From Camelus ferus (lineage: Eukaryota), in the NCBI RefSeq assembly GCF_009834535.1, contig NC_045696.1:81346001-81410000 (forward strand): a stretch of 64,000 nucleotides of DNA, read 5' to 3'. This document shows positions 25,140 to 38,814 of the stretch, one piece after another. Below the pieces are notes generated by a model, which saw nothing but the letters and a program-made list of their open reading frames with translations, did not search any database and was not told the DNA's origin. A program made the position numbers and the translations under genes. Numbering within the stretch: the stretch's first letter is position 1; every line of letters begins with the position of its first letter.

Positions 25140-26565
25140 GTAATGTTACCGCGGTTTTTATCATCATCACTGTCATCGTCATCACTGTTAATTACTACCC
25201 CTGTTCCAGACCTGTCCTCATAGTGAAGACCATGACATCACCAAAGCACCGTCCCCTCTCGTGTTTTTTTGGTCCCTTCTCATTCCCAAGCTAAGATTTG
25301 GATTGTCATTTATCACTTCTGACCTCCCTTTTCCCCAAAGAAATGGAAGCTCAGGTAGATTGATTGACTTGGAAGCATACATCCTGTATCCAGGATTAGA
25401 ACTCTCAACCCCAAGCATTCCAAACTGTTCTTTTACTCTTCATATTAAGAAATAGAATAATATGGATATTTTCCATAGATGACTTAATCTCTGTCTGGAC
25501 AAATTTAAAACTTCCAGATAAAAAGTAGAAAATTTATTTACTCCTATTTTTAATAACACAAAGTGAAACCAGGTTTCAGGTGTTCACAAGATCGTATTGC
25601 ACTTAGAATATTTTAGTTGGCTCCACTTAAGGAAGATTCCTACTGAGCCACGTTGTAATTTAATTCCAACCTTAATTAATTACTGAGGATTAAACTGTAG
25701 GGCAAAATGACCAGTCATCCCACTGGACAGAACAACCCTGAGTTTGGTTTCATTTGTTTAGTTTTTGCCCCTACCAAGTTATTATATATTAAAAAAAAAA
25801 AAAAGTCCTGAAATGAGACCATGCATCTCATTACAGACAACCTGGAAGTATTTCAAAATACTGGAGAATTTTTTGCCTCAGATTCTTTCCAGTTCAGGAT
25901 TCCCCTTTCTCCTGAACTCATCCTGAACAGAATGTCTCACAGTTTCCTGAGATCAATACCATTGTTGATCCCAGGAGAAAAAAAAAAACTTTTCACCCAA
26001 TGATTTTCAAGTATTTTTCCTCATCTTCCTCTCAAAAGGATATTATACCAGGATTTCCATTATTTTGAAAATGGAATTAGCAGATAGTGGCTCTTTTTGT
26101 TGGTGTCCTCCTCTTGTGGAAGCAGAGATACCATCAAGAAGGGTCCTTTAGGGAGCAAAGTTCAATCTGGAAAATAGGGTGGGCAGAGGAACAGACACAA
26201 GAGCTGGAGAAACATTTGAGGGTGTTGGTCCACACTCTAAAAATGCACAGGCACACGTTTATAATTCTGCGAGAAAAATTTAGATTGATACAAAGATTTT
26301 AGGTTTTCAGTAATTCATTAGACTTTCTCTCTACAGCTGTTTCAGTTTAGCAAATGAAAAGGGAAGAAGAGTAGTAGTAATATTGAACTTGAGCAGGCGG
26401 GAACACTGATAGAGTCATTCTGCTTCACTTGGCTGATTCGTCTTTCTAGGTCTTTATCTTAAAATGTATTATAATAACCAATAGAATTTGTATCAATGTT
26501 AAATATCATTTAATATATTAAACGATAATATTAAAACAAAGCCCAATTTTAAAATGTCTAGTACA

Positions 26566-26965
26566 TTGACAAAAGAATGGATAAAGATGTGATTATATAT
26601 ATATGTATATACCACAATGGAATTTTATTCAGCCATAGAAGAATGAAATAATGCTATTTGCAGCAACTTGGATGGACCTAGAGATTATCATATTAAGTGA
26701 AGTAAGTTAGACAAAGACAAATATATGTATCGCTTATATGTGGAATCTTAAAAAAAATTATACAAATGAATTTATTCACAAAACAGAAATAGACTCAGAG
26801 ACATAGAAAATGAACTTAGGGTTAACAAAAGGGAAAGGTGGGGGAGGGATAAAATATATACGTGTGTGTGTGTGTAACTGAATCACTTTTTCTACACCTG
26901 AAACTAATACAACATTGCAAATCAACTATACTTCAATTAAATAAATAAAAGTGAAATGTGCTATA
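26566..26965 (+). mobile_element. L1 3' end fragment
   Basis: acaatggaattttattcagcc...gcagcaacttggatggacctagagattatcatattaagtgaagtaag...tacacctgaaactaatacaacattgcaaatcaactatacttcaattaaa; flanked by tctagtaca on both sides. Confidence 0.85.
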
Positions 26966-27969
26966 AAACTATCTAGTACAAAATACAAACGCATTTTAAA
27001 AGAGCCTCCAAAAATAAATAAAAATTAAAGCACCTGACAAATGTTTAGCTCAACTAACTGTCACAGGTTATCTTTTCTTTCATTTCCTGGTCATGTCTCA
27101 TAAAGTAAGTTTTTCCTCTTCCTCATATTGAACTCAGTTGGCGCAATTAACAGTATTTTATTTCATTAAAAAATGTTTCATAAAATGAGGTGTATTTGAA
27201 TTCTACCTTAGACCCCTGATAAACTAATGATACATCTTCCCACTCTACCTCACAGTCTGACTGGTACTCACATAGTTTTTTTGTTTTTTTTTTTTTTTTT
27301 TTTTGAAGACCTTCTAGGATTTTCAGTATTAATCCTGTTTTGTATTATGTTTGCATATTGACCTTCCAAAGCACAATGTTTAGGGGTTTGTTTTTAATTT
27401 GTGACTGCAAGTTGATTAGGAAGTGGAAACACTTCAGGATCCCTTGCAGTAGCTTCTCTGAGCTCACTGACGTGTGGCTTCTGTCCCAAGTCCTAGCCCG
27501 ATACCCTAGTTTCTCACCAGATTTTATAATCTCCTTATCTGTTCATCAATTGTTTTCTGAGTTAAAAATGGAACTCAGTTTATCCGGATGGCTCTCATCT
27601 GATGCAATTTCCAACAATCAGCTGAGTTAATGATACCCCAAAGAAATTTCTGGTATCCACCACACTTGTGCAAATGAAGGAGGTCAATTATTTTTGCCCA
27701 GTGAATCAAAATAATTAGTTTGGTCTGTTTCTAAATTTGTCTTTAAAATTAAGGACTGTACTCCTTAATGTTTGCTAAAGGTGCCTCTTTTGTTTGATGT
27801 TGTTTAGAGAGTTAAATATTTCTTTGAGAAATAAAACATGTTTCTTTCCTGTTTCTGATAGTTTCTGTGTCTCCTGGCAAATTGTAGAAAAGGAGTAGGC
27901 TGCTTTTCAGGCAGTCTCCTCTGGAAGCTATTTTATGGAAAATATTTCTGAACTCTGGTTTTCTTTCAG

Positions 27970-28076
27970 GTGCCTCAAAGAACAACTTCTATATCCCCAG
28001 CATTAGCAAGAAAGAATTCTCCTGGAAATGGTAGTGCTCTGGGACCCAGACTAGGATCTCAACCCATCAGAGCAAG
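27970..28076 (+). CDS. TNIK: TNIK coding exon (~exon 18), 107 nt, phase 0/2
   Basis: tttcag|GTGCCT...GCAAG|gtaggg; VPQRTTSISPALARKNSPGNGSALGPRLGSQPIRA(S). Confidence 0.96.
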
Positions 28077-28189
28077 GTAGGGAAGGAAGATGGTTAAGGT
28101 GAAGGGAAAAAACCCCACCTACTATGGTCATGATTGCTTTCCTAAAACATGTCTTCATTCTTTTTTCACTTCAGAGTTATGTTGACTGG

Positions 28190-28330
28190 CCACCCAGACT
28201 GTAAGCTTTGGTGGGCAGGACACACGCCTTTTATTTCTTCAGTAGCCTTTCACAGAAATCAGTGTATGGAAGTGGGGCTCATGAATGAACAGGTGAATGA
28301 ATGAATCAGGGAATCAATGAATGAATCAAC
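28190..28330 (+). mobile_element. L2 3' end relic
   Basis: agactgtaagct...ggcagggac-like start; ends in tgaatgaatgaat tail. Confidence 0.6.
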
Positions 28331-29964
28331 CCAGAAGCCAACTGAGTTTACCTTAACTTGACAGTTGTTAAATTGTGGGGGGAAAACTACAAATAGAAAT
28401 TTGGTTGTAGTACCCCTGACCATTACTTCAGAGGCCACTTCATGAAGTCAGCCTGACTTGAGGTGATTTTTAGCATCAGGTCAAGAAATGTGCCCTGGGA
28501 ACTATTGAGACAAAGTAATTGCCAAAGAAATGAGAGAGTGACCAGCTGCAGGGCTTCCCTAACTTGGCAAATTACAGAAGGACTCGTTCTTATGAGGAAA
28601 TTATGTCTTTGGCATTAGGGAGGGTCACTGAAATACAGTCATGTTACCTCTGTTGCTCTGTGCTCGCCTAGAAAGTTCTACCAGCTGTATTCCTACAGTC
28701 AGGAAGCTGCACCCACCTACTGCTTGGTGTAGGGGTCTCAAGAGAAGCTGGAAAACAAACAGTATCCTTACAGTATCTGAGCAGATTTTATGTGGTGACT
28801 GATGCTGTTTGCTTCCCTCCGATTTTTCACGACGAGTAGGCTCCTTTTTAAGAGCAGCTGAAATAGCACATGGCCTCTGCTGAGACTATAAAAAGGATCT
28901 TGGGCAGGCTGTTTTATTCGCCTTTGTGTTCATAATAAGAGGAGGACTCTCTCTTGCTAGTCAAAGAGAAGGAGAGACTGGAAATGAAGGTTAGGACTAT
29001 TTGTATTGTATACTATTGATCAGTAAAATAGGGAATGCTTTTGATCATAAAGCCTTAATGTTTCCCTTCCCATGAAAAGCCTTAGGAAGGAGTCAGTCCA
29101 TAATTAAGGTGGAATGGTACTAAGAATGTTAGTCCCTTTATGGCAAAGAAGCTAGCCAGTTCTGAGTGGAGTTGCCAATTGCAGGAAGCCCTGAATGAGC
29201 CATTGTTTGTCCCGCAACTTGTCAGACTCCCGCTGAGCTGGTATTGCTACGCAGCCCTGGGGAAGCCTGTGGACTGGACTGTGCCCAGGGAGCCAAAGGA
29301 ATGTCAGCCCGGGTTGCTGGCCTGAACTTTCCCCGTCTGCCTCTTACAGTGGCGCTAAGTCCCCAGTTATCAGTGCTTCTTGCTCCTTTGAACCCCGCCC
29401 GCCAGGCCGTGTTCCCTGGATCAGTTGCTTATAATTTTCATTGCTGTAGATCAAGCATCATTTCAACTTTAAGTTGTTTCCCCTCTAACAACCAAAGAAA
29501 GAGAACTATTGTTTTATAGTCAAATGAAAAGCAGCTCTTTGTTCCCTCTGAAATGTTTAATTTTAATGACCTTAGAACCCAAGATAGCTGCTGTTTGATG
29601 GTCAGTGGCTTGCAAAACATGTGCTTTTCCCCGGGAATCTCTTAAACATTGTACTTTGTCCAAAGAATGCAGACCTTGTGAAGACAGCCAACCCTTTCTG
29701 CTTATGGTGAAGGTAGGGAGGAAGTGAGCTAAGAGGTAATAACTATTTACCTACAATGAAAGCCGGAGGGACTGTGGGGAAGGGAAAGACGGAGAATCCC
29801 CCATCTCTGCCAGGTGGAACAATCCTGCCCAACAAGTCTACTTCTTGCAATCACGTATCTCCAAGTGACCAGTATTTAAGATGTGAATCAGACTATGCGA
29901 CTCTTGATTGGATTGCATTTTTAAATGTTTTAGGATTCGGTATATTTACCATGATAGAGATGGC

Positions 29965-30330
29965 TTTAGTTCAGTTTTGCTGCATAATAAAGCATGCCAA
30001 AATGTAGTGGCCTGAAAGAGTAACGGTTTATTATTTCTGACGATCCTCTGGGTTGGCTAAAACATTGTTCTGCTGGTCTCACCTGGGCTCACTTATGCAG
30101 CTGCACTGGGCTGATGGAGTCAGCTGTACCTTTCATCCTGGACTTCTTGACTGGTGATTTCAGGACAGCATCACAAGCTCTTTGGAAGCCTTTGCTTCCA
30201 TCGTCTTTGCTGATGTCCCATTGGGACCATAAGTCACACGGCCAAGTCCCCAGTCAGTATGTAAAGGAAATACCCAGGGACGTGGACACTGGGAGATGCG
30301 ATTCACTGGGGGGGCATTACCGTAACACAG
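29965..30330. mobile_element. MLT1-family (ERVL-MaLR) LTR relic
   Basis: ttgctgcataataaagcatgccaaaatgtagtggc...tttattatttct...tgctggtctcacctgggctcacttatgcagctgca...agtcacacggccaag. Confidence 0.65.
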
Positions 30331-33300
30331 AGACTCTCCTACTTTCTGTTGGTTCCAATGAAGTCTTCATAGTTCTTTCTGTAGCATTTGTCAGACAACT
30401 GTCCATCCATAAAGCTATAAAAAAAGGGTTGCTTTAAATTTGTCCTTTGCAATGCCGTATGGACTCCCAAATGCCTTCTACTGTCAAGGTGATCAGTTGA
30501 GTTTAAATCAGGATTTGATTTGTTCATTTTTTAAATTTCTGTTTAAAAACATTCCATGTACTTTAACATTTAACTTTGATTCATGTGTTCTTTTAGAGCA
30601 AATTAAAATTTGATTAAATGAGTACATTTGGAGTATGAAAAGATTAAAATTAAGCCAGTAACAGCCAGTCAAAACCCAGTGACTAAACGCTTAAATTCAA
30701 AAAATAACTCTCTGTCCCGTCCCAAACCTATCTTCTCATGGCTCATTCGTTTTCACTGGCTGTGTCACCAAAGAACAAAGTAAAATGAATTTTGGCAGTC
30801 AGCCAGTTAATTATAGACTTGGCCCAAGTATTTGGGCCAAGAAATCACTTCGTAATCCTAATTTTCTGTTTTGACTTTTTATATGACTTAAGAAAATGGA
30901 ATAATTTTCACTTTGCTGTGTGTTTTATAGACCAAGCAGCATTGTCTGCAGGATGGCAAATGTTTGAACTAAGAATTAGCATTTAAAGAAATCTATATGA
31001 ATGTTTTCAAGTCTTTACACATTTGGATCTGAGTAGGCTCAGTTAGTATGTGAACGAGAGAAATCTCTTATTTCATGGAAGTCTTCTGAAATTGAGCCCT
31101 TCTAAGAGCATTTATCTCAGGCCCCTTGGCCCCAAGGCCAGACCACATTACTACAGAATAAGGAGGAGAAAAATATGAACAATGTGACATTTTCTCAAAA
31201 CACTCATATTTTATCCCCAAAATAAAGAAGATAGAAAAGGCATTTTAAAGTTTTCCCTATTTCTATATATGGTTACACTTCCATCATACTCTGGCAGCAA
31301 AAGTAGCAATCTATCAAGATCAGCACCCACACTGGTTAGCTCTGGTGGGGCAGACTTGGGCTAATGAAGCCCAGGTCAGGGATGTAATGCTCTTGGGATC
31401 CAATTAGCGTCACACGGAGAGAGACCCTGAGCCCCAGTCAGAGATGCACATTTATCCCGGCGGGGCTGGTTCTGCTGACACCCAGGCCCCTCTTTTTTGC
31501 CAGGATGGCCCTGGCCCAGGCCTTATCATCTAATATGGCAGCAGCTTCCTCCCTGCCTCTGTCCTGGCCAGTGAGTGATTCATAAACTGGCCCTGGGAGG
31601 TCCATGTTCTCTGCCAGCTTTTACTGGCCATTGCCGCATAAGCCGCCCATTTCTTCTGACGACCACCCTCCCGTGGTTTCCTAACACAGACGTAGTACTC
31701 AGTGAGGGCGGTGTCCTCCGTACCAACGAGCCCCAGGAAAACCCCAGCTGCTGTGTCTTTGCTCAGGCTGTTCCCCCAGCCTTCCTGCTCACCCCTCCAA
31801 AGTCTAATCAAGTCCTGTCTCTTTCCTGACACCACCCTTGACCGTTCCAGGCTCCATTCATTGTTCCCAAACTCCAATCTTATTTATAGACCCTCAGTCG
31901 GCATATAGAGTTTTGCCTTGCTGTCTATTGTCTCCACAGTGCATGTCTCATCCCTGGGACTATGTTGTAACTTGCCTGCCTGCCCTGTGCCTGGTGCCCT
32001 CCCCCATCCCTCATACTGGTCCAGGTGTTTAATGGAAAGGTTTTGGTTAAATGATCAAAGGAGTGTGGCATTCGAACAAAGAGCTGGACCCTGGTACCAC
32101 AGCACAGCCACCAGGGGAGATGCTCAGAGCTCACAGATCTCTGTTCTCTCGATAGATTTTTTTTTTTTTTACTATGAAGAACACTACATCTCCACAAAAT
32201 GAGAGCATCCACCAAGGAACTTTAGTATGCCCATGGCCCTTAACCTCAATACAATTTTTAGAAAAAATATTTTTAGAATGTATTAATTATACTGAAATAA
32301 TTCTTGACCACTACTGTTAAATAAAAGAGGACAATGAGGAAGAATTCATTACTTGGGAGTGAAAGAAGATAGGATTGTTTCTTTATGAAAAAATGAAAAA
32401 TTTAAAATGTGGGCATTTCAGAAGTATTACACATTTATCGTTTTAGGTATTCGTCAAGTAGAGGGAGGGGGGGATGTTGCCATCATGGATCCAAATCTAT
32501 TTCAATCAATTGAATGCTAATAGTATCACAAAAGAATGCCATAAAAATATCAAAAAATTTTAAAGTCTTCCTTAAGTTTACCAACACTCACTTCTGCAAT
32601 TGATTTTACTGTTAGCTTGACTTAGCAACCCCTTTACCATAAAAACTTAAATGGTGAATATTGTCATAAATTCTACATTTATATGATCAAATTACTAAAT
32701 TATAAAGATATATTTATTTTAACATATGTTTTGCAGGACCAGCTATGTCTTCCAATAACCCAGTATTTAAGAATTTTTTAACTTGACCAAATGGCTATGC
32801 CAAATACATTACCACAAAGCAAGGCTCTTGTGTTTTCAAAAGTAAATTATTTGGTTTAGTTGTTGCTGTCATGATGCCATTTGTGGTCAGGTTTTTATGG
32901 ACTAAGCTACAAGTGTCCCAAGGGAAGGGGCCATATTATTTTCACATTTGTATGTGAAGCATCTGACACCCACACAGTGCAGACTGCCTGGTACCCACTT
33001 GAGACTCTTGAAATGGGCAGAGCAAAATGAAAGCAGAGAATTACATTCGAATGTGGTATCTCACTGCATTAAAACCATAGTGCTATGATGACTCTGTTAG
33101 TGGAATTCTCTTTGGGGAAGGAACTGAAGATGATGAAAACCTGGAGGGGCCCATGCTGTTCCCTAGGCAGTTGGACGGCAGTGGATAGGAGCTTTGAATT
33201 TCAGGTCTCACTAAATTATCCACTTACGCCAGCATTACAGAAGTCTAAAGGAAAAATGGAAAGGTCTGTGACTTAGAAATTAAACAGAAAGAGCTTACTA

Positions 33301-34684
33301 GAAATTTTGAGAATGCTGCTTATTTTTATAACAAGATCATAAAAATCTCACCAGTTGCCTCCCACCGCCACTGCTTGGATGTCTCCTCTTCTGCACAAGC
33401 CCCTGTGATCACCCCAAGTGGCCTGGGGCCCTGCTTTGTGCTCCCATATTGCCCTGTGCTCACTGCAGGCAAAGCATGAGTGAAGGTAGCTGTGTGTGTC
33501 AGGCTGAGCTGGCAGAGGGCACGGCTGTGTCTTGTTCATTACCGGATCTCAGTGCCACATATAGACCAACTGAGTGAGTGAATAAATAGCACTATTTTGG
33601 GGGTAGTAACAATATAAGGATGAATAATATAGTTAGGTTTATAACCAGTGGGGGCTGCTAGGCTGCCAACAAATGAATTAGTTCTTGATTTAGCACTTAA
33701 TAATAATTACTTTCAAGCAAACCTCCTTTTGATAATGGACAATGTATATGAAGACTTCCTGCAAGAACTTTTAAAATGCAAAGATATCACTAGCTATGTG
33801 AGCAGAGAACTTAAGTCATTCACAGAAGAGGAATTACAAATAACAAATAAATGTGAATAAAAATTATTCTACCTCAACAGTAATTTTTTAAAACTACACT
33901 AAAACAGCAAGATATTATTTTTTTACATATTAGTCAGCTGTTCATAATAAAGTCCGGTAAGAATTCAGTGAAAATTGGCAGCATGTTTATACGTTCACAT
34001 ACACACATATGTGCACATATATACTCCAGTTTATGCCCTTCCACCCAAGAATTCCAATTCCAGGAGAGATGTGGTTGAATATTTGTATGCATCTAGATGG
34101 TTATTTCAGTGTTACATGTCATAGTGATGTACGGAAGCACCTAACGATAGAAGAATGGTTAAACTAATTCATCTATATAATGGACTGCTGTGCAGCCATT
34201 ATTGTTTTTAGAAGCATAAGAAGCTCACAGTGCAGTTTAAGAGGGAAAAAAGCAAGATGCAAAATTGAATATACAGTGTGCTTCCATACATATGAAAGAA
34301 AAAACACTAGAAGGTAATATATCATATAGTGAAATATAGCTGAGTATCTCTCGATTCAGAGATTGCATGCTTTGCTTCCTGATTTTTAGCTTTTAATATT
34401 TTCAAGTATTTTCCAGTAAGCACAGGAACAGGGGTTTAAAGAAACCTCCTTTGAAGAGCCACCATTTCAGAACTAATGCATTTGGTGTGATGACCCAAGA
34501 GTTGGGTCAAGAGTTCCTGCCGTTCTGATTCAGAATCCACAGAGGATGGCATGATTGTTATCACCATTGACCCCTTTAATGCATGGTCGCATAAGCACTC
34601 TCTTTACCCCTTTGCACTGGGGATGGGACTGGAGGACGTATGTGTCCTTGAGAGTGTAGTCACTGTGCTCTGCTATCTGTGCAG

Positions 34685-34848
34685 TAACCCCGATCTTCGG
34701 AGAACCGAGCCCATCTTGGAGAGCCCCTTGCAGAGGACCAGCAGTGGCAGTTCCTCCAGCTCCAGCACCCCGAGCTCCCAGCCCAGCTCCCAAGGAGGCT
34801 CTCAGCCAGGATCACAAGCAGGATCTAGTGAACGGACCAGAGTTCGAG
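34685..34848 (+). CDS. TNIK: TNIK coding exon (~exon 19), 164 nt, phase 2/1
   Basis: gtgcag|TAACCC...TTCGAG|gtaagc; NPDLRRTEPILESPLQRTSSGSSSSSSTPSSQPSSQGGSQPGSQAGSSERTRVR. Confidence 0.97.
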
Positions 34849-36647
34849 GTAAGCTTTCCCCTACCTTTCCAGGACAGCATTCCCTGAGGAGGAGAGCCAT
34901 GGACAGGGAATCGGATGACTTCCTGACTTCTGTGACTTCTGGTCCTGGTGTGACCACTGCTGTGTGAGGCTAAAAAGCCACTTAACTGCTCTCAGCTTCA
35001 GCTCCGTAGGAGAGTGGACCACTATCCCCAGTTGTATGTGTGACATCAGTGTGAACTACACCCTTTCTCATTGCAGATACCAGTGTTTTCCAGAAAGATC
35101 ACAGATTATTGGTCTTATTTGAAAATATAATCATCAGTCACCAGAATTTCCATTTTTATTTGATTGCCTGGTTAGAGTTTCGTGAACCCCCAAGTATCTT
35201 CTTCCCCTTGTGTCAATAGTCGCTTTTCGTATTCCGAACATAATTCATAGTACCAGGTATTTCTCAAAGTGAATTCAGTAAAGGCTAATGTAGAATAAAT
35301 ATACATTTGAGAGAAGATATAGTCTTTGACTCAGAAAATATATTTGACTCTCTTGGGTACTCCTATTAGAGAGGTAAAAATTAGCTTTTCTGACCATTTA
35401 ATTCAAGTCATTCTTCATTGTTTAGTTTTCATTAATGAGGAAGCTGTGAAAAACATTAATATGGCCAGCTAATTATACATGATAACCTATTGTTTCTAGC
35501 TAATCAAACTGTGCTCTTCCTGAATAACCTTCTTCAGAAGGTAATTTTGCTTCCAAGTAATAAAGACCAGGACTTTTTAAAGTGCAGTTTGGAAAACACT
35601 TGTAAATTACTCTGCCAAGTGAAAACCACCAATTCTTTATTCTTTTTTAGCCTCTTCATTAGACGCAATCATAGTTTAGCTTCTAATATCTTTTTAAGAT
35701 TTTAAATAAGTAAACTCACTGTATGTCCATTTTGAAAAGGTAGACGTCAGATGTGCAATGCTTGTGTCTCTGGCGGAGATGTGGACTGGCCTGCGGCTGC
35801 CCCAGATGCATTCTTCTGCCATCAGTGGCACAGTCCAGAGCTGTGTGTACTTTTGTGGCCTTGATCCAGATGCGAACTTCCTTACTTCAGAAAACTGCCA
35901 TTCCTTTACCTTCTTTCTATTCGTAAGCAACTAAATATGCTTAGTTAGAGCCAATGCTAAAGAAAACCAAGCTTAGGCGTATCATTTTAATTCTGATTTT
36001 TAACTGAGGCTTAATTTTTATCTTCTGTCCTTTGGCCTCTAGTTCTTCTGGGTTAAAAGCCCTCCTATATCCCTGGTGTGTCCCTGCCCAGGAAAGATCA
36101 CCTTAAAACCAAACGAAAGAATCTCTCCCACCGTAGATTGCTTCTTCTCTACCTTTGAGCTCATAACTGGGAAGGATGCTCCTTACTCCGTAGCTGTTAG
36201 GGAGCCCTCCCTCAACCCTTGCTCTGTAACTCTACCTTAGGGCCCTTCCCTTTAATCACCAACACGGCCCCCTACCCCCACCTCAGTCTTTCTTCCTTAA
36301 AGAACCCAGACAACCTCCCCGCATTCCTCCTCCCATTTAAAAGCCATTCCTCCAAATAAAATAGGTTTCTATTTTTGCCCATATTTCAACAAAAGAACTT
36401 CTGGTGGTTAAGTGGGAAAAGAAGAAACCAATCATAGAATGTCAACTTAGAGTCTGGTTAAGCACCATCACTGAGACTAGCTAGGACTTTGAGAAATCAG
36501 ACAGAATCCCAGCTCTGCCCATATTTTCAGTGTGACCTTACGCCAGTTTTGTCATCGCTGTAAGTCTGTGTTCAGCTGTGAGGTAGGAAAGTGCCTCATC
36601 ATTTAGTTGGAGGGAGGATTCAGTGACACAACTGACATAGAAAGCAT

Positions 36648-36779
36648 CGGAGGGAGAGTATAGCTCAGTGATGGAGTGCATGCTCAGCGTGCAGGAGGTC
36701 CTGGATTTCATCCCCAGTACCTCCATTAAAAAATAAATAAACCTACCTACCTCCCCCCACTAAAAACATAAATAAATAA
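36648..36779 (+). mobile_element. Camelid tRNA-derived SINE (Vic-1-like) inserted into a MIR
   Basis: gggagagtatagctcagtgatggagtgcatgctcagcgtgcaggaggtcctggatttcatccccagtacctcc plus A-rich tail; TSD gacatagaaagcat (36634) / gacgtagaaaacat (36780); MIR halves at ~36480-36647 and ~36794-36870. Confidence 0.85.
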
Positions 36780-37082
36780 GACGTAGAAAACATTTAGCAT
36801 TAAGCATTAAACCTGACACACAGTTAGTGCTCAGTAGATGGTGGTACTTGCTAGCTTTTCTTATTATTACCAGTGACTTCCAGCTTCCAAGTCTAAATGT
36901 GTTTGCCTGACTTTGTTCGCCTGAACATTTACTATTTTTTCATGCTTCTGCTTGAGAATTTGCCTAAGTGAATGACGTGTCTGCTGAGTAATCCCGGAGG
37001 ATGACTCACCACAGAACTCCAGAATCGAGCCAGCGCTTTCTGACGGTCATTATCTTTCTTGGCCCTCTGTTTTGTCCTCTAG

Positions 37083-37180
37083 CCAACAGTAAATCCGAAG
37101 GATCACCTGTGCTCCCCCATGAGCCTTCCAAGGTGAAACCAGAAGAATCCAGGGACATTACCCGGCCTAGTCGACCAGCT
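37083..37180 (+). CDS. TNIK: TNIK coding exon (~exon 20), 98 nt, phase 1/0
   Basis: ctctag|CCAACA...CCAGCT|gtgagt; (A)NSKSEGSPVLPHEPSKVKPEESRDITRPSRPA. Confidence 0.97.
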
Positions 37181-37944
37181 GTGAGTGCTTTTCTTTCAGA
37201 GTTTTGAACTTTTTTAATATATACCTGAGAACCCACAGGATAAAGTAGTTGGGATACACTCATGACTGTGGAACAAAAATTGTTGAGATTAATAAGAAGG
37301 GATGCCAAGAGCATCCAGAAGGAAGTCATACCTGATTAAGAAAGAACTGAACAGATCTCGGATTGCTTCCCTGCCTGTGGATATTTTGCTGATCATTAGC
37401 ACTACGTTAGGGAATAAAACAGGAAAAGAAATAACTCATGTTATTCTGTACTTTCTACTCAGCAACTTTGGCAAAAAGATGTTGAAACTAGCAGTTAAGG
37501 AGATTTGGGCACTTTCTATGGGTTTCCCTTATCTATTCTAGCCTCTCCCCCACATTATTTTCCATATGAATTAATATTGCAGTTTGTCTGCTGCTCAGGG
37601 ACTATATTTTCTGGACCAAAACTTGATAAGCGTGGTCTGAGAGGGGACCTGGCAACTTGAAATCTAGCTTCGTTGCTGTACACGACAGATCCCAAATAGC
37701 CTTAAAGAAAGAAATAAGAGCGTGGAGGCTAAAATTTCAAAGTTGGAAGTTAATGTGGAATGAGTTACTATCCATTTGTCTTATTTAAAGTTTCCAAGAA
37801 TCATTTCTTTGAAATGAATGTGATGTTTTGGTTTGCTCTATTTTTTTAACATGTTGAAGTAAGGAAGCACAGCGAGGGTGACGATGAAGGGAACCTGCAG
37901 TGTTCTGTTGAGTTCTTCTGGCCCTTTGGCGTTCACCGGTTGTT

Positions 37945-38039
37945 TACTAACAATTCCCATTTTGTGTCTAACCTGCTGCCTTTCTTCTGGCGTCTCCCTC
38001 TCCTGTGGACTCTTCTGGATTGGGTTCCTCTTATCTCAG
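37945..38039 (+). promoter_or_regulatory. Distal consensus branch point / QKI-type element and long polypyrimidine tract of the microexon
   Basis: TACTAAC at 37945-37951, CTAAC at 37968-37972; no AG between 37913 and the acceptor AG at 38038-38039. Confidence 0.65.
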
Positions 38040-38063
38040 AGCTATAAGAAAGCTATAGATGAG
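38040..38063 (+). CDS. TNIK: TNIK 24-nt cassette microexon (~exon 21), SYKKAIDE
   Basis: tctcag|AGCTATAAGAAAGCTATAGATGAG|gttagt; phase 0/0; matches the 8-aa insert of long TNIK isoforms. Confidence 0.95.
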
Positions 38064-38814
38064 GTTAGTATTACCTTTACTCGGTCATGCTTTCACAAGA
38101 TGTAAATATAAAACTGACTTCCTGGTGTTGATATTCAGAATGGTGGCCAACTGGATCACAGACTAAGCTCATTCCTTTGGGTGATCTGCTGGGAGGAGAG
38201 CCCCTTCAGCAGAGCCAGCCTGAGACCCTCAGACACCCGCCTAAAGCTCCAGAGACCGTCTTTCTAAGCCAAAATGTCACTTTTCCAATGTTACAGCCTG
38301 GCTAAAGCTAAGCCTCGGTGCTTTGTTATTGGCACGGTTTCTCCTTCTAGCATCTTCAGTAGCAAAGCCTGAGCTCTTAACCTGCACTCGCCAGCCTTGC
38401 TACAGGATGGCGGTTTTACTCACAAAGAGACATCATTCTAGGGCAGTCCAAATTTATAGTGTGTGATTTGTGAACAAAGAGTTACCGAGTATTGTTAGAT
38501 TAATTTTGTGGGGCATTAACTACAGCAGCAGCAGCAACATCGACTTTATAGTTAATGCATCCTAGCAAGTTAAGTAACTCTATTTCCTTATCTGCGGAGA
38601 CATTTTTCCATTAGAACAATATATGGCTTTGCCGATCTTAGGCAGCTTGCTAAGAAGGATGACTGCCTTACTGCTCCTTGTCAGACCTGCATGAATACAG
38701 CATAGTGGGGTTGTTTTCGAAGAGACAGGCCTTCTGCAAAGAGTCCTAACTGCATGGAATCTGAAGACTTACCATTATGGCTTTTAGGCTGTAGCTCTGC
38801 TGAGCGCCATTTGT

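Noticed and set aside
24709..25185. 158-aa antisense ORF over exon 17
   Set aside because: Typical antisense shadow of a coding exon
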